A stretch of DNA of 64,000 nt from Paragordius varius (taxonomy: Eukaryota > Animalia > Nematomorpha). The number at the start of each line of letters is the position of its first letter. Position 1 is the stretch's first letter. The notes beneath the pieces were generated by a model that saw only the letters and a list, made by a program, of their open reading frames with translations, was not told the DNA's origin and did no database searches. The stretch is taken from contig OZ176054.1 in the NCBI GenBank assembly GCA_964247055.1, forward strand, positions 372,001 to 436,000, given 5' to 3'. Below, piece by piece: positions 1 to 14,012 of the stretch. The position numbers and the translations under genes were made by a program.

Positions 1-56
1 AGTTCCATCATCACCCCAAATATTTTCGAGATCGGAGTATAAATGTAATTTTTATG

Positions 57-80
57 AATTTTTTAAATATTTAAAAAATT
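57..80. repeat. Perfect 24-bp palindrome AATTTTTTAAATATTTAAAAAATT (first copy; one per monomer)
   Basis: Self reverse-complementary, checked base by base. Present intact in the large majority of monomers. Confidence 0.97.
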
Positions 81-108
81 TATTTTATACGATTTTAAAA
101 ATAAAAAT

Positions 109-166
109 GGCTACCTAAAATCCAAATTTGATCAGGTGATGTCACCATAATTTTTTTTGGGTAGCC
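109..166. repeat. Nested inverted repeats within the monomer (first copy)
   Basis: GGCTACCTAAAA (109-120) vs TTTTGGGTAGCC (155-166) pair 11/12 plus a T:G, enclosing GGTGA-TG-TCACC (135-146). Confidence 0.85.
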
Positions 167-3100
167 CTATGGTAGTTCCATCATCACCCCAAATATTTTC
201 GAGATCGGAGTATAAATGTAATTTTTATGAATTTTTTAAATATTTAAAAAATTTATTTTATATGATTTTAAAAATAAAAATGGCTACCTAAAATCCAAAT
301 TTGATCAGGTGATGTCACTATAATTTTTTTGGGTAGCCCTATGGTAGTTCCATCATCACCCCAAATATTTTCGAGATCGGAGTATAAATGTAATTTTTAT
401 GAATTTTTTAAATATTTAAAAAATTTATTTTATACGATTTTAAAAATAAAAATGGCTACCTAAAATCCAAATTTGATCAGGTGATGTTACCATAATTTTT
501 TTTGGGTAGCCCTATGGTAGTTCCATCATCACCCCAAATATTTTCGAGATCGGAGTATAAATGTAATTTTTATGAATTTTTTAAATATTTAAAAAATTTA
601 TTTTATACGATTTTAAAAATAAAAATGGCTACCTAAAATCCAAATTTGATCAGGTGATGTCACCATAATTTTTTTTGGGTAGCCCTATGGTAGTTCCATC
701 ATCACCCCAAATATTGTCGAGATCAAAGTATAAATGTAATTTTTTTGAATTTTTTAAATATTTAAAAAATTTATTTTATACGATTTTAAAAATAAAAATG
801 GCTACCTAAAATCCAAATTTGATCAGGTGATGTTACCATAATTTTTTTTGGGTAGCCCTATGGTAGTTCCATCATCACCCCAAATATTTTCGAGATCGGA
901 GTATAAATGTAATTTTTATGAATTTTTTAAATATTTAAAAAATTTATTTTATACGATTTTAAAAATAAAAATGGCTACCTAAAATCCAAATTTGATCAGG
1001 TGATGTCACCATAATTTTTTTTTGGTAGCCCTATGGTAGTTCCATCATCACCCCAAATATTTTCGAGATCGGAGTATAAATGTAATTTTTATGAATTTTT
1101 TAAATATTTAAAAAATTTATTTTATACGATTTTAAAAATAAAAATGGCTACCTAAAATCCAAATTTGATCAGGTGATGTCGCCATAATTTTTTTTGCTGA
1201 GCCCTATGGTAGTTCCATCATCACCCCAAATATTGTCGAGATCGGAGTATAAATGTAATTTTTATGAATTTTTTAAATATTTAAAAAATTTATTTTATAC
1301 GATTTTAAAAATAAAAATGGCTACCTAAAATCCAAATTTGATCAGGTGATGTCACCATAATTTTTTTTGGGTAGCCCTATGGTAGTTCCATCATCACCCC
1401 AAATATTTTCGAGATCGGAGTATAAATCTAATTTTTATGAATTTTTTAAATATTTAAAAAATTTATTTTATACGATTTTAAAAATAAAAATGGCTACCTA
1501 AAATCCAAATTTGATCAGGTGATGTCACCATAATTTTTTTTGGGTAGCCCTATGGTAGTTCCATCATCACCCCAAATATTGTCGAGATCGGAGTATAAAT
1601 GTAATTTTTATGAATTTTATAAATATTTAAAAAATTTATTTTATACGATTTTAAAAATAAAAATGGCTACCTAAAATCCAAATTTGATCAGGTGATGTCA
1701 CCATAATTTTTTTTGGGTAGCCCTATGGTAGTTCCATCATCACCCCAAATATTTTCGAGATCGGAGTATAAATGTAATTTTTATGAATTTTATATTTAAA
1801 AAATTTATTTTATACGATTTTAAAAATAAAAATGGCTACCTAAAATCCAAATTTGATCAGGTGATGTCGCCATAATTTTTTTTGGGTAGCCCTATGGTAG
1901 TTCCATCATCACCCCAAATATTTTCGAGATCGGAGTATAGATGTAATTTTTATGAATTTTTTAAATATTTAAAAAATTTATTTTATACGATTTTAAAATA
2001 AAAATGGCTACCTAAAATCCAAATTTGATCAGGTGATGTTACCATAATTTTTTTTGGGTAGCCCTATGGTAGTTCCATCATCACCCCAAATATTTTCGAG
2101 ATCGGAGTATAAATGTAATTTTTATGAATTTTTTAAATATTTAAAAAATTTATTTTATACGATTTTAAAAATAAAAATGGCTACCTAAAATCCAAATTTG
2201 ATCAGGTCATGTCACCATAATTTTTTTTTGGTAGCCCTATGGTAGTTCCATCATCACCCCAAATATTTTCGAGATCGGAGTATAAATGTAATTTTTATGA
2301 ATTTTTTAAATATTTAAAAAATTTATTTTATACGATTTTAAAAATAAAAATGGCTACCTAAAATCCAAATTTGATCAGGTGATGTCGCCATAATTTTTTT
2401 TGCTGAGCCCTATGGTAGTTCCATCATCACCCCAAATATTGTCGAGATCGGAGTATAAATGTAGTTTTTTTGAATTTTTTAAATATTTAAAAAATTTATT
2501 TTATACGATTTTAAAAATAAAAATGGCTACCTAAAATCCAAATTTGATCAGGTGATGTCACCATAATTTTTTTTGGGTAGCCCTATGGTAGTTCCATCAT
2601 CACCCCAAATATTTTCGAGATCGGAGTATAAATGTAATTTTTATGAATTTTTTAAATATTTAAAAAATTTATTTTATACGATTTTAAAAATAAAAATGGC
2701 TACCTAAAATCCAAATTTGATCAGGTGATGTCACCATATTTGTTTTGGGTAGCCCTATGGTAGTTCCATCATCACCCCAAATATTTTAGGGATCGGACTA
2801 TAAATGTAATTTTTATGAATTTTTTAAATATTTAAAAAATTTATTTTATACGATTTTAAAAATAAAAATGGCTACCTAAAATCCAAATTTGATCAGGTGA
2901 TGTCACCATAATTTTTTTTGGGTAGCCCTATGGTAGTTCCATCATCACCCCAAATATTTTGGGGATCGGACTATAAATGTAATTTTTATGAATTTTTTAA
3001 ATATTTAAAAAATTTATTTTATACGATTTTAAAAATAAAAATGGCTACCTAAAATCCAAATTTGATCAGGTGATGTCACCATAATTTTTTTTGGGTAGCC

Positions 3101-3453
3101 CTATGGTAGTTCCATCATCACCCCAAATATTTTCGAGATCGGAGTATAAATGTAATTTTTATGAATTTTTTAAATAATTAAAAAATTTATTTTATACGAT
3201 TTTAAAAATAAAAATGGCTACCTAAAATCCAAATTTGATCAGGTGATGTTACCATAATTTTTTTTGGGTAGCCCTATGGTAGTTCCATCATCACCCCAAA
3301 TATTTTCGAGATCGGAGTATAAATGTAATTTTTATGAATTTTTTAAATATTTAAAAAATTTATTTTATACGACTTTAAAAATAAAAATGGCTACCTAAAA
3401 TCCAAATTTGATCAGGTCATGTCACCATAATTTTTTTTTGGTAGCCCTATGGT

Positions 3454-6400
3454 AGTTCCATCATCACCCCAAATATTTTCGAGATCGGAGTATAAATGTA
3501 ATTTTTATGAATTTTTTAAATATTTAAAAAATTTATTTTATATGATTTTAAAAATAAAAATGGCTACCTAAAATCCAAATTTGATCAGGTGATGTCGCCA
3601 TAATTTTTTTTGCTGAGCCCTATGGTAGTTCCATCATCACCCCAAATATTGTCGAGATCGGAGTATAAATGTAGTTTTTTTGAATTTTTTAAATATTTAA
3701 AAAATTTATTTTATACGATTTTAAAAATAAAAATGGCTACCTAAAATCCAAATTTGATCAGGTGATGTCACCATAATTTTGGGTAGCCCTATGGTAGTTC
3801 CATCATCACCCCAAATATTTTCGAGATCGGAGTATAAATGTAATTTTTATGAATTTTTTAAATATTTAAAAAATTTATTTTATACGATTTTAAAAATAAA
3901 AATGGCTACCTAAAATCCAAATTTGATCAGGTGATGTCGCCATAATTTTTTTTGGGTAGCCCTATGGTAGTTCCATCATCACCCCAAATATTTTCGAGAT
4001 CGGAGTATAGATGTAATTTTTATGAATTTTTTTAAATATTTAAAAAATTTATTTTATACGATTTTAAAAATAAAAATGGCTACCTAAAATCTAAATTTGA
4101 TCAGGTGATGTTACCATAATTTTTTTTGGGTAGCCCTATGGTAGTTCCATCATCACCCCAAATATTTTCGAGATCGGAGTATAAATGTAATTTTTATGAA
4201 TTTTTTAAATATTTAAAAAATTTATTTTATACGATTTTAAAAATAAAAATGGCTACCTAAAATCCAAATTTGATCAGGTCATCTCACCATAATTTTTTTT
4301 TGGTAGCCCTATGGTAGTTCCATCATCACCCCAAATATTTTCGAGATCGGAGTATAAATGTAATTTTTATGAATTTTTTAAATATTTAAAAAATTTATTT
4401 TATACGATTTTAAAAATAAAAATGGCTACCTAAAATCCAAATTTGATCAGGTGATGTCGCCATAATTTTTTTTGCTGAGCCCTATGGTAGTTCCATCATC
4501 ACCCCAAATATTTTCGAGATCGGAGTATAAATGTAATTTTTATGAATTTTTTAAATATTTAAAAAATTTATTTTATACGATTTTAAAAATAAAAATGGCT
4601 ACCTAAAATCCAAATTTGATCAGGTGATGTCGCCATAATTTTTTTTGCTGAGCCCTATGGTAGTTCCATCATCACCCCAAATATTTTGGGGATCGGACTA
4701 TAAATGTAATTTTTATGAATTTTTTAAATATTTAAAAAATTTATTTTATACGATTATAAAAATAAAAATGGCTACCTAAAATCCAAATTTGATCAGGTGA
4801 TGTCACCATTGTTTTGGGTAGCCCTATGGTAGTTCCATCATCACCCCAAATATTGTCGAGATCGGAGTATAAATGTAGTTTTTTTGAATTTTTTAAATAT
4901 TTAAAAAATTTATTTTATACGATTTTAAAAATAAAAATGGCTACCTAAAATCCAAATTTGATCAGGTGATGTCACCATAATTTTTTTTGGGTAGCCCTAT
5001 GGTAGTTCCATCATCACCCCAAATATTTTCGAGATCGGAGTATAAATGTAATTTTTATGAATTTTTTAAATATTTAAAAAATTTATTTTATACGATTTTA
5101 AAAATAAAAATGGCTACCTAAAATCCAAATTTGATCAGGTGATGTCACCATATTTGTTTTGGGTAGCCCTATGGTAGTTCCATCATCACCCCAAATATTT
5201 TGGGGATCGGACTATAAATGTAATTTTTATGAATTTTTTAAATATTTAAAAAATTTATTTTATACGATTTTAAAAATAAAAATGGCTACCTAAAATCCAA
5301 ATTTGATCAGGTGATGTCACCATAATTTTTTTTGGGTAGCCCTATGGTAGTTCCATCATCACCCCAAATATTTTCGAGATCGGAGTATAAATGTAATTTT
5401 TATGAATTTTTTAAATAATTAAAAAAATTATTTTATACGATTTTAAAAATAAAAATGGCTACCTAAAATCCAAATTTGATCAGGTGATGTTACCATAATT
5501 TTTTTTGGGTAGCCCTATGGTAGTTCCATCATCACCCCAAATATTTTCGAGATCGGAGTATAAATGTAATTTTTATGAATTTTTTAAATATTTAAAAAAT
5601 TTATTTTATACGATTTTAAAAATAAAAATGGCTACCTAAAATCCAAATTTGATCAGGTCATGTCACCATAATTTTTTTTTGGTAGCCCTATGGTAGTTCC
5701 ATCATCACCCCAAATATTTTCGAGATCGGAGTATAAATGTAATTTTTATGAATTTTTTAAATATTTAAAAAATTTATTTTATACGATTTTAAAAATAAAA
5801 ATGGCTACCTAAAATCCAAATTTGATCAGGTGATGTCGCCATAATTTTTTTTGCTGAGCCCTATGGTAGTTCCATCATCACCCCAAATATTTTCGAGATC
5901 GGAGTATAAATGTAATTTTTATGAATTTTTTAAATATTTAAAAAATTTATTTTATACGATTTTAAAAATAAAAATGGCTACCTAAAATCCAAATTTGATC
6001 AGGTGATGTCACCATAATTTTTTTTGCTGAGCCCTATGGTAGTTCCATCATCACCCCAAATATTTTCGAGATCGGAGTATAAATGTAATTTTTATGAATT
6101 TTTTAAATAATTAAAAAAATTATTTTATACGATTTTAAAAATAAAAATGGCTACCTAAAATCCAAATTTGATCAGGTGATGACCCCATAATTTTTTTTGC
6201 TGAGCCCTATGGTAGTTCCATCATCACCCCAAATATTTTCGAGATCGGAGTATAAATGTAATTTTTATGAATTTTTTAAATATTTAAAAAATTTATTTTA
6301 TACGATTTTAAAAATAAAAATGGCTACCTAAAATCCAAATTTGATCAGGTGATGTTACCATAATTTTTTTTGCTTAGCCCTATGGTAGTTCCATCATCAC

Positions 6401-9400
6401 CCCAAATATTTTCGAGATCGGAGTATAAATGTAATTTTTATGAATTTTTTAAATATTTAAAAAATTTATTTTATATGATTTTAAAAATAAAAATGGCTAC
6501 CTAAAATCCAAATTTGATCAGGTGATGTCGCCATAATTTTTTTTGCTGAGCCCTATGGTAGTTCCATCATCACCCCAAATATTGTCGAGATCGGAGTATA
6601 AATGTAGTTTTTTTGAATTTTTTAAATATTTAAAAAATTTATTTTATACGATTTTAAAAATAAAAATGGCTACCTAAAATCCAAATTTGATCAGGTGATG
6701 TCACCATAATTTTGGGTAGCCCTATGGTAGTTCCATCATCACCCCAAATATTTTCGAGATCGGAGTATAAATGTAATTTTTATGAATTTTTTAAATATTT
6801 AAAAAATTTATTTTATACGATTTTAAAAATAAAAATGGCTACCTAAAATCCAAATTTGATCAGGTGATGTCGCCATAATTTTTTTTGGGTAGCCCTATGG
6901 TAGTTCCATCATCACCCCAAATATTTTCGAGATCGGAGTATAGATGTAATTTTTATGAATTTTTTTAAATATTTAAAAAATTTATTTTATACGATTTTAA
7001 AAATAAAAATGGCTACCTAAAATCTAAATTTGATCAGGTGATGTTACCATAATTTTTTTTGGGTAGCCCTATGGTAGTTCCATCATCACCCCAAATATTT
7101 TCGAGATCGGAGTATAAATGTAATTTTTATGAATTTTTTAAATATTTAAAAAATTTATTTTATACGATTTTAAAAATAAAAATGGCTACCTAAAATCCAA
7201 ATTTGATCAGGTCATCTCACCATAATTTTTTTTTGGTAGCCCTATGGTAGTTCCATCATCACCCCAAATATTTTCGAGATCGGAGTATAAATGTAATTTT
7301 TATGAATTTTTTAAATATTTAAAAAATTTATTTTATACGATTTTAAAAATAAAAATGGCTACCTAAAATCCAAATTTGATCAGGTGATGTCGCCATAATT
7401 TTTTTTGCTGAGCCCTATGGTAGTTCCATCATCACCCCAAATATTTTGGGGATCGGACTATAAATGTAATTTTTATGAATTTTTTAAATATTTAAAAAAT
7501 TTATTTTATACGATTATAAAAATAAAAATGGCTACCTAAAATCCAAATTTGATCAGGTGATGTCACCATATTTGTTTTGGGTAGCCCTATGGTAGTTCCA
7601 TCATCACCCCAAATATTGTCGAGATCGGAGTATAAATGTAGTTTTTTTGAATTTTTTAAATATTTAAAAAATTTATTTTATACGATTTTAAAAATAAAAA
7701 TGGCTACCTAAAATCCAAATTTGATCAGGTGATGTCACCATAATTTTTTTTGGGTAGCCCTATGGTAGTTCCATCATCACCCCAAATATTTTCGAGATCG
7801 GAGTATAAATGTAATTTTTATGAATTTTTTAAATATTTAAAAAATTTATTTTATACGATTTTAAAAATAAAAATGGCTACCTAAAATCCAAATTTGATCA
7901 GGTGATGTCACCATATTTGTTTTGGGTAGCCCTATGGTAGTTCCATCATCACCCCAAATATTTTGGGGATCGGACTATAAATGTAATTTTTATGAATTTT
8001 TTAAATATTTAAAAAATTTATTTTATACGATTTTAAAAATAAAAATGGCTACCTAAAATCCAAATTTGATCAGGTGATGTCACCATAATTTTTTTTGGGT
8101 AGCCCTATGGTAGTTCCATCATCACCCCAAATATTTTCGAGATCGGAGTATAAATGTAATTTTTATGAATTTTTTAAATATTTAAAAAATTTATTTTATA
8201 CGATTTTAAAAATAAAAATGGCTACCTAAAATCCAAATTTGATCAGGTCATCTCACCATAATTTTTTTTTGGTAGCCCTATGGTAGTTCCATCATCACCC
8301 CAAATATTTTCGAGATCGGAGTATAAATGTAATTTTTATGAATTTTTTAAATATTTAAAAAATTTATTTTATACGATTTTAAAAATAAAAATGGCTACCT
8401 AAAATCCAAATTTGATCAGGTGATGTCGCCATAATTTTTTTTGCTGAGCCCTATGGTAGTTCCATCATCACCCCAAATATTTTCGAGATCGGAGTATAAA
8501 TGTAATTTTTATGAATTTTTTAAATATTTAAAAAATTTATTTTATACGATTTTAAAAATAAAAATGGCTACCTAAAATCCAAATTTGATCAGGTGATGTC
8601 GCCATAATTTTTTTTGCTGAGCCCTATGGTAGTTCCATCATCACCCCAAATATTTTGGGGATCGGACTATAAATGTAATTTTTATGAATTTTTTAAATAT
8701 TTAAAAAATTTATTTTATACGATTATAAAAATAAAAATGGCTACCTAAAATCCAAATTTGATCAGGTGATGTCACCATATTTGTTTTGGGTAGCCCTATG
8801 GTAGTTCCATCATCACCCCAAATATTGTCGAGATCGGAGTATAAATGTAGTTTTTTTGAATTTTTTAAATATTTAAAAAATTTATTTTATACGATTTTAA
8901 AAATAAAAATGGCTACCTAAAATCCAAATTTGATCAGGTGATGTCACCATAATTTTTTTTGGGTAGCCCTATGGTAGTTCCATCATCACCCCAAATATTT
9001 TCGAGATCGGGGTATAAATGTAATTTTTATGAATTTTTTAAATATTTAAAAAATTTATTTTATACGATTTTAAAAATAAAAATGGCTACCTAAAATCCAA
9101 ATTTGATCAGGTGATGTCACCATATTTGTTTTGGGTAGCCCTATGGTAGTTCCATCATCACCCCAAATATTTTGGGGATCGGACTATAAATGTAATTTTT
9201 ATGAATTTTTTAAATATTTAAAAAATTTATTTTATACGATTTTAAAAATAAAAATGGCTACCTAAAATCCAAATTTGATCAGGTGATGTCACCATAATTT
9301 TTTTTGGGTAGCCCTATGGTAGTTCCATCATCACCCCAAATATTTTCGAGATCGGAGTATAAATGTAATTTTTATGAATTTTTTAAATAATTAAAAAAAT

Positions 9401-10358
9401 TATTTTATACGATTTTAAAAATAAAAATGGCTACCTAAAATCCAAATTTGATCAGGTGATGTTACCATAATTTTTTTTGGGTAGCCCTATGGTAGTTCCA
9501 TCATCACCCCAAATATTTTCGAGATCGGAGTATAAATGTAATTTTTATGAATTTTTTAAATATTTAAAAAATTTATTTTATACGATTTTAAAAATAAAAA
9601 TGGCTACCTAAAATCCAAATTTGATCAGGTCATGTCACCATAATTTTTTTTTGGTAGCCCTATGGTAGTTCCATCATCACCCCAAATATTTTCGAGATCG
9701 GAGTATAAATGTAATTTTTATGAATTTTTTAAATATTTAAAAAATTTATTTTATACGATTTTAAAAATAAAAATTGCTACCTAAAATCCAAATTTGATCA
9801 GGTGATGTCGCCATAATTTTTTTTGCTGAGCCCTATGGTAGTTCCATCATCACCCCAAATATTTTCGAGATCGGAGTATAAATGTAATTTTTATGAATTT
9901 TTTAAATATTTAAAAAATTTATTTTATACGATTTTAAAAATAAAAATGGCTACCTAAAATCCAAATTTGATCAGGTGATGTCACCATAATTTTTTTTGCT
10001 GAGCCCTATGGTAGTTCCATCATCACCCCAAATATTTTCGAGATCGGAGTATAAATGTAATTTTTATGAATTTTTTAAATAATTAAAAAAATTATTTTAT
10101 ACGATTTTAAAAATAAAAATGGCTACCTAAAATCCAAATTTGATCAGGTGATGACCCCATAATTTTTTTTGCTGAGCCCTATGGTAGTTCCATCATCACC
10201 CCAAATATTTTCGAGATCGGAGTATAAATGTAATTTTTATGAATTTTTTAAATATTTAAAAAATTTATTTTATACGATTTTAAAAATAAAAATGGCTACC
10301 TAAAATCCAAATTTGATCAGGTGATGTTACCATAATTTTTTTTGCTGAGCCCTATGGT
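3454..10358 (+). repeat. Higher-order repeat: 17-monomer unit (3454-6386, 2933 bp) followed by a 23-monomer derivative (6387-10358, 3972 bp)
   Basis: Rare markers recur at +2933 (TATGA 3541/6474; T-run deletion 3781/6714; TAGATG; AATCTA). Later markers recur at +3972 (GACCCC 6181/10153; TAAATAATT). Confidence 0.85.
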
Positions 10359-13300
10359 AGTTCCATCATCACCCCAAATATTTTCGAGATCGGAGTATAA
10401 ATGTAATTTTTATGAATTTTTTAAATAATTAAAAAAATTATTTTATACGATTTTAAAAATAAAAATGGCTACCTAAAATCCAAATTTGATCAGGTGATGT
10501 TACCATAATTTTTTTTGGGTAGCCCTATGGTAGTTCCATCATCACCCCAAATATTTTCGAGATCGGAGTATAAATGTAATTTTTATGAATTTTTTAAATA
10601 ATTAAAAAAATTATTTTATACGATTTTAAAAATAAAAATGGCTACCTAAAATCCAAATTTGATCAGGTGATGTTACCATAATTTTTTTTGGGTAGCCCTA
10701 TGGTAGTTCCATCATCACCCCAAATATTTTCGAGATCGGAGTATAAATGTAATTTTTATGAATTTTTTAAATATTTAAAAAATTTATTTTATACGATTTT
10801 AAAAATAAAAATGGCTACCTAAAATCCAAATTTGATCAGGTGATGTCACCATAATTTTTTTTGGGTAGCCCTATGGTAGTTCCATCATCACCCCAAATAT
10901 TTTCGAGATCGGAGTATAAATGTAATTTTTATGAATTTTTTAAATATTTAAAAAATTTATTTTATACGATTTTAAAAATAAAAATGGCTACCTAAAATCC
11001 AAATTTGATCAGGTGATGTCACCATATTTGTTTTGGGTAGCCCTATGGTAGTTCCATCATCACCCCAAATATTTTGGGGATCGGACTATAAATGTAATTT
11101 TTATGAATTTTTTAAATATTTAAAAAATTTATTTTATACGATTTTAAAAATAAAAATGGCTACCTAAAATCCAAATTTGATCAGGTGATGTCACCATATT
11201 TGTTTTGGGTAGCCCTATGGTAGTTCCATCATCACCCCAAATATTTTGGGGATCGGACTATAAATGTAATTTTTATGAATTTTTTAAATATTTAAAAAAT
11301 TTATTTTATACGATTTTAAAAATAAAAATGGCTACCTAAAATCCAAATTTGATCAGGTGATGTCACCATAATTTTTTTTGGGTAGCCCTATGGTAGTTCC
11401 ATCATCACCCCAAATATTTTGGGGATCGGACTATAAATGTAATTTTTATGAATTTTTTAAATATTTAAAAAATTTATTTTATACGATTTTAAAAATAAAA
11501 ATGGCTACCTAAAATCCAAATTTGATCAGGTGATGTCACCATATTTGTTTTGGGTAGCCCTATGGTAGTTCCATCATCACCCCAAATATTTTGGGGATCG
11601 GACTATAAATGTAATTTTTATGAATTTTTTAAATATTTAAAAAATTTATTTTATACGATTTTAAAAATAAAAATGGCTACCTAAAATCCAAATTTGATCA
11701 GGTGATGTCACCATAATTTTTTTTGGGTAGCCCTATGGTAGTTCCATCATCACCCCAAATATTTTGGGGATCGGACTATAAATGTAATTTTTATGAATTT
11801 TTTAAATATTTAAAAAATTTATTTTATACGATTTTAAAAATAAAAATGGCTACCTAAAATCCAAATTTGATCAGGTGATGTCACCATAATTTTTTTGGGT
11901 AGCCCTATGGTAGTTCCATCATCACCCCAAATATTTTCGAGATCGGAGTATAAATGTAATTTTTATGAATTTTTTAAATATTTAAAAAATTTATTTTATA
12001 CGATTTTAAAAATAAAAATGGCTACCTAAAATCCAAATTTGATCAGGTGATGTCACTATAATTTTTTTGGGTAGCCCTATGGTAGTTCCATCATCACCCC
12101 AAATATTTTCGAGATCGGAGTATAAATGTAATTTTTATGAATTTTTTAAATATTTAAAAAATTTATTTTATACGATTTTAAAAATAAAAATGGCTACCTA
12201 AAATCCAAATTTGATCAGGTGATGTCACCATAATTTTTTTTGGGTAGCCCTATGGTAGTTCCATCATCACCCCAAATATTGTCGAGATCGGAGTATAAAT
12301 GAAATTTTTATGAATTTTTTAAATATTTAAAAAATTTTTATACGATTTTAAAAATAAAAATGGCTACCTAAAATCCAAATTTGATCAGGTGATGTCACCA
12401 TATTTGTTTTGGGTAGCCCTATGGTAGTTCCATCATCACCCCAAATATTTTGGGGATCGGACTATAAATGTAATTTTTATGAATTTTTTAAATATTTAAA
12501 AAATTTATTTTATACGATTTTAAAAATAAAAATGGCTACCTAAAATCCAAATTTGATCAGGTGATGTCACCATAATTTTTTTTGGGTAGCCCTATGGTAG
12601 TTCCATCATCACCCCAAATATTTTGGGGATCGGACTATAAATGTAATTTTTATGAATTTTTTAAATATTTAAAAAATTTATTTTATACGATTTTAAAAAT
12701 AAAAATGGCTACCTAAAATCCAAATTTGATCAGGTGATGTCACCATATTTGTTTTGGGTAGCCCTATGGTAGTTCCATCATCACCCCAAATATTTTGGGG
12801 ATCGGACTATAAATGTAATTTTTATGAATTTTTTAAATATTTAAAAAATTTATTTTATACGATTTTAAAAATAAAAATGGCTACCTAAAATCCAAATTTG
12901 ATCAGGTGATGTCACCATAATTTTTTTTGGGTAGCCCTATGGTAGTTCCATCATCACCCCAAATTTTGGGGATCGGACTATAAATGTAATTTTTATGAAT
13001 TTTTTAAATATTTAAAAAATTTATTTTATACGATTTTAAAAATAAAAATGGCTACCTAAAATCCAAATTTGATCAGGTGATGTCACCATAATTTTTTTGG
13101 GTAGCCCTATGGTAGTTCCATCATCACCCCAAATATTTTCGAGATCGGAGTATAAATGTAATTTTTATGAATTTTTTAAATATTTAAAAAATTTATTTTA
13201 TACGATTTTAAAAATAAAAATGGCTACCTAAAATCCAAATTTGATCAGGTGATGTCACTATAATTTTTTTGGGTAGCCCTATGGTAGTTCCATCATCACC

Positions 13301-14008
13301 CCAAATATTTTCGAGATCGGAGTATAAATGTAATTTTTATGAATTTTTTAAATATTTAAAAAATTTATTTTATACGATTTTAAAAATAAAAATGGCTACC
13401 TAAAATCCAAATTTGATCAGGTGATGTCACCATATTTGTTTTGGGTAGCCCTATGGTAGTTCCATCATCACCCCAAATATTTTGGGGATCGGACTATAAA
13501 TGTAATTTTTATGAATTTTTTAAATATTTAAAAAATTTATTTTATACGATTTTAAAAATAAAAATGGCTACCTAAAATCCAAATTTGATCAGGTGATGTC
13601 ACCATATTTGTTTTGGGTAGCCCTATGGTAGTTCCATCATCACCCCAAATATTTTGGGGATCGGACTATAAATGTAATTTTTATGAATTTTTTAAATATT
13701 TAAAAAATTTATTTTATACGATTTTAAAAATAAAAATGGCTACCTAAAATCCAAATTTGATCAGGTGATGTCACCATAATTTTTTTTGGGTAGCCCTATG
13801 GTAGTTCCATCATCACCCCAAATATTTTGGGGATCGGACTATAAATGTAATTTTTATGAATTTTTTAAATATTTAAAAAATTTATTTTATACGATTTTAA
13901 AAATAAAAATGGCTACCTAAAATCCAAATTTGATCAGGTGATGTCACCATAATTTTTTTGGGTAGCCCTATGGTAGTTCCATCATCACCCCAAATATTTT
14001 CGAGATCG

Positions 14009-14012
14009 GAGT
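14009..14012 (+). other. Left copy of 4-bp target-site duplication GAGT
   Basis: Empty monomers read CGGAGTATAAA; here the sequence is CG-GAGT-[element]-GAGT-ATAAA. Confidence 0.95.

Larger units (their letters stand above)
1..14012. repeat. Tandem satellite DNA array, 172-173 bp monomer, left of the retroelement (~81 monomers; continues beyond window start)
   Basis: AGTTCCATCATCACCCC recurs at 1, 174, 346, 519 and onward. Head-to-tail single orientation with only a few variant sites per monomer. ~26% GC (45/173 counted in monomer 1). Confidence 0.99.

Noticed and set aside
8-30. Satellite-encoded hammerhead ribozyme (minus strand has TGATGA and CGAAA)
   Set aside because: The core reads GUGAUGA rather than CUGANGA (the other candidate is CUGAUCA). 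Only GGGG separates the GAAA-stem III element from it, so stem I cannot form.
25-37. CENP-B box (TTCG...CGG)
   Set aside because: Spacing is 4 nt instead of the required 7 (TTCG-N4-A-N2-CGGG), and the TTCG is lost in most right-domain monomers.
38-45. TATAAA and AATAAA motifs in every monomer as promoter or poly(A) sites
   Set aside because: Expected by chance in a ~94% AT block, and no correctly spaced Inr is present.
151-158. T7/T8/T9 length differences as biological markers
   Set aside because: Homopolymer length is error-prone; used only where it co-segregated with substitutions.
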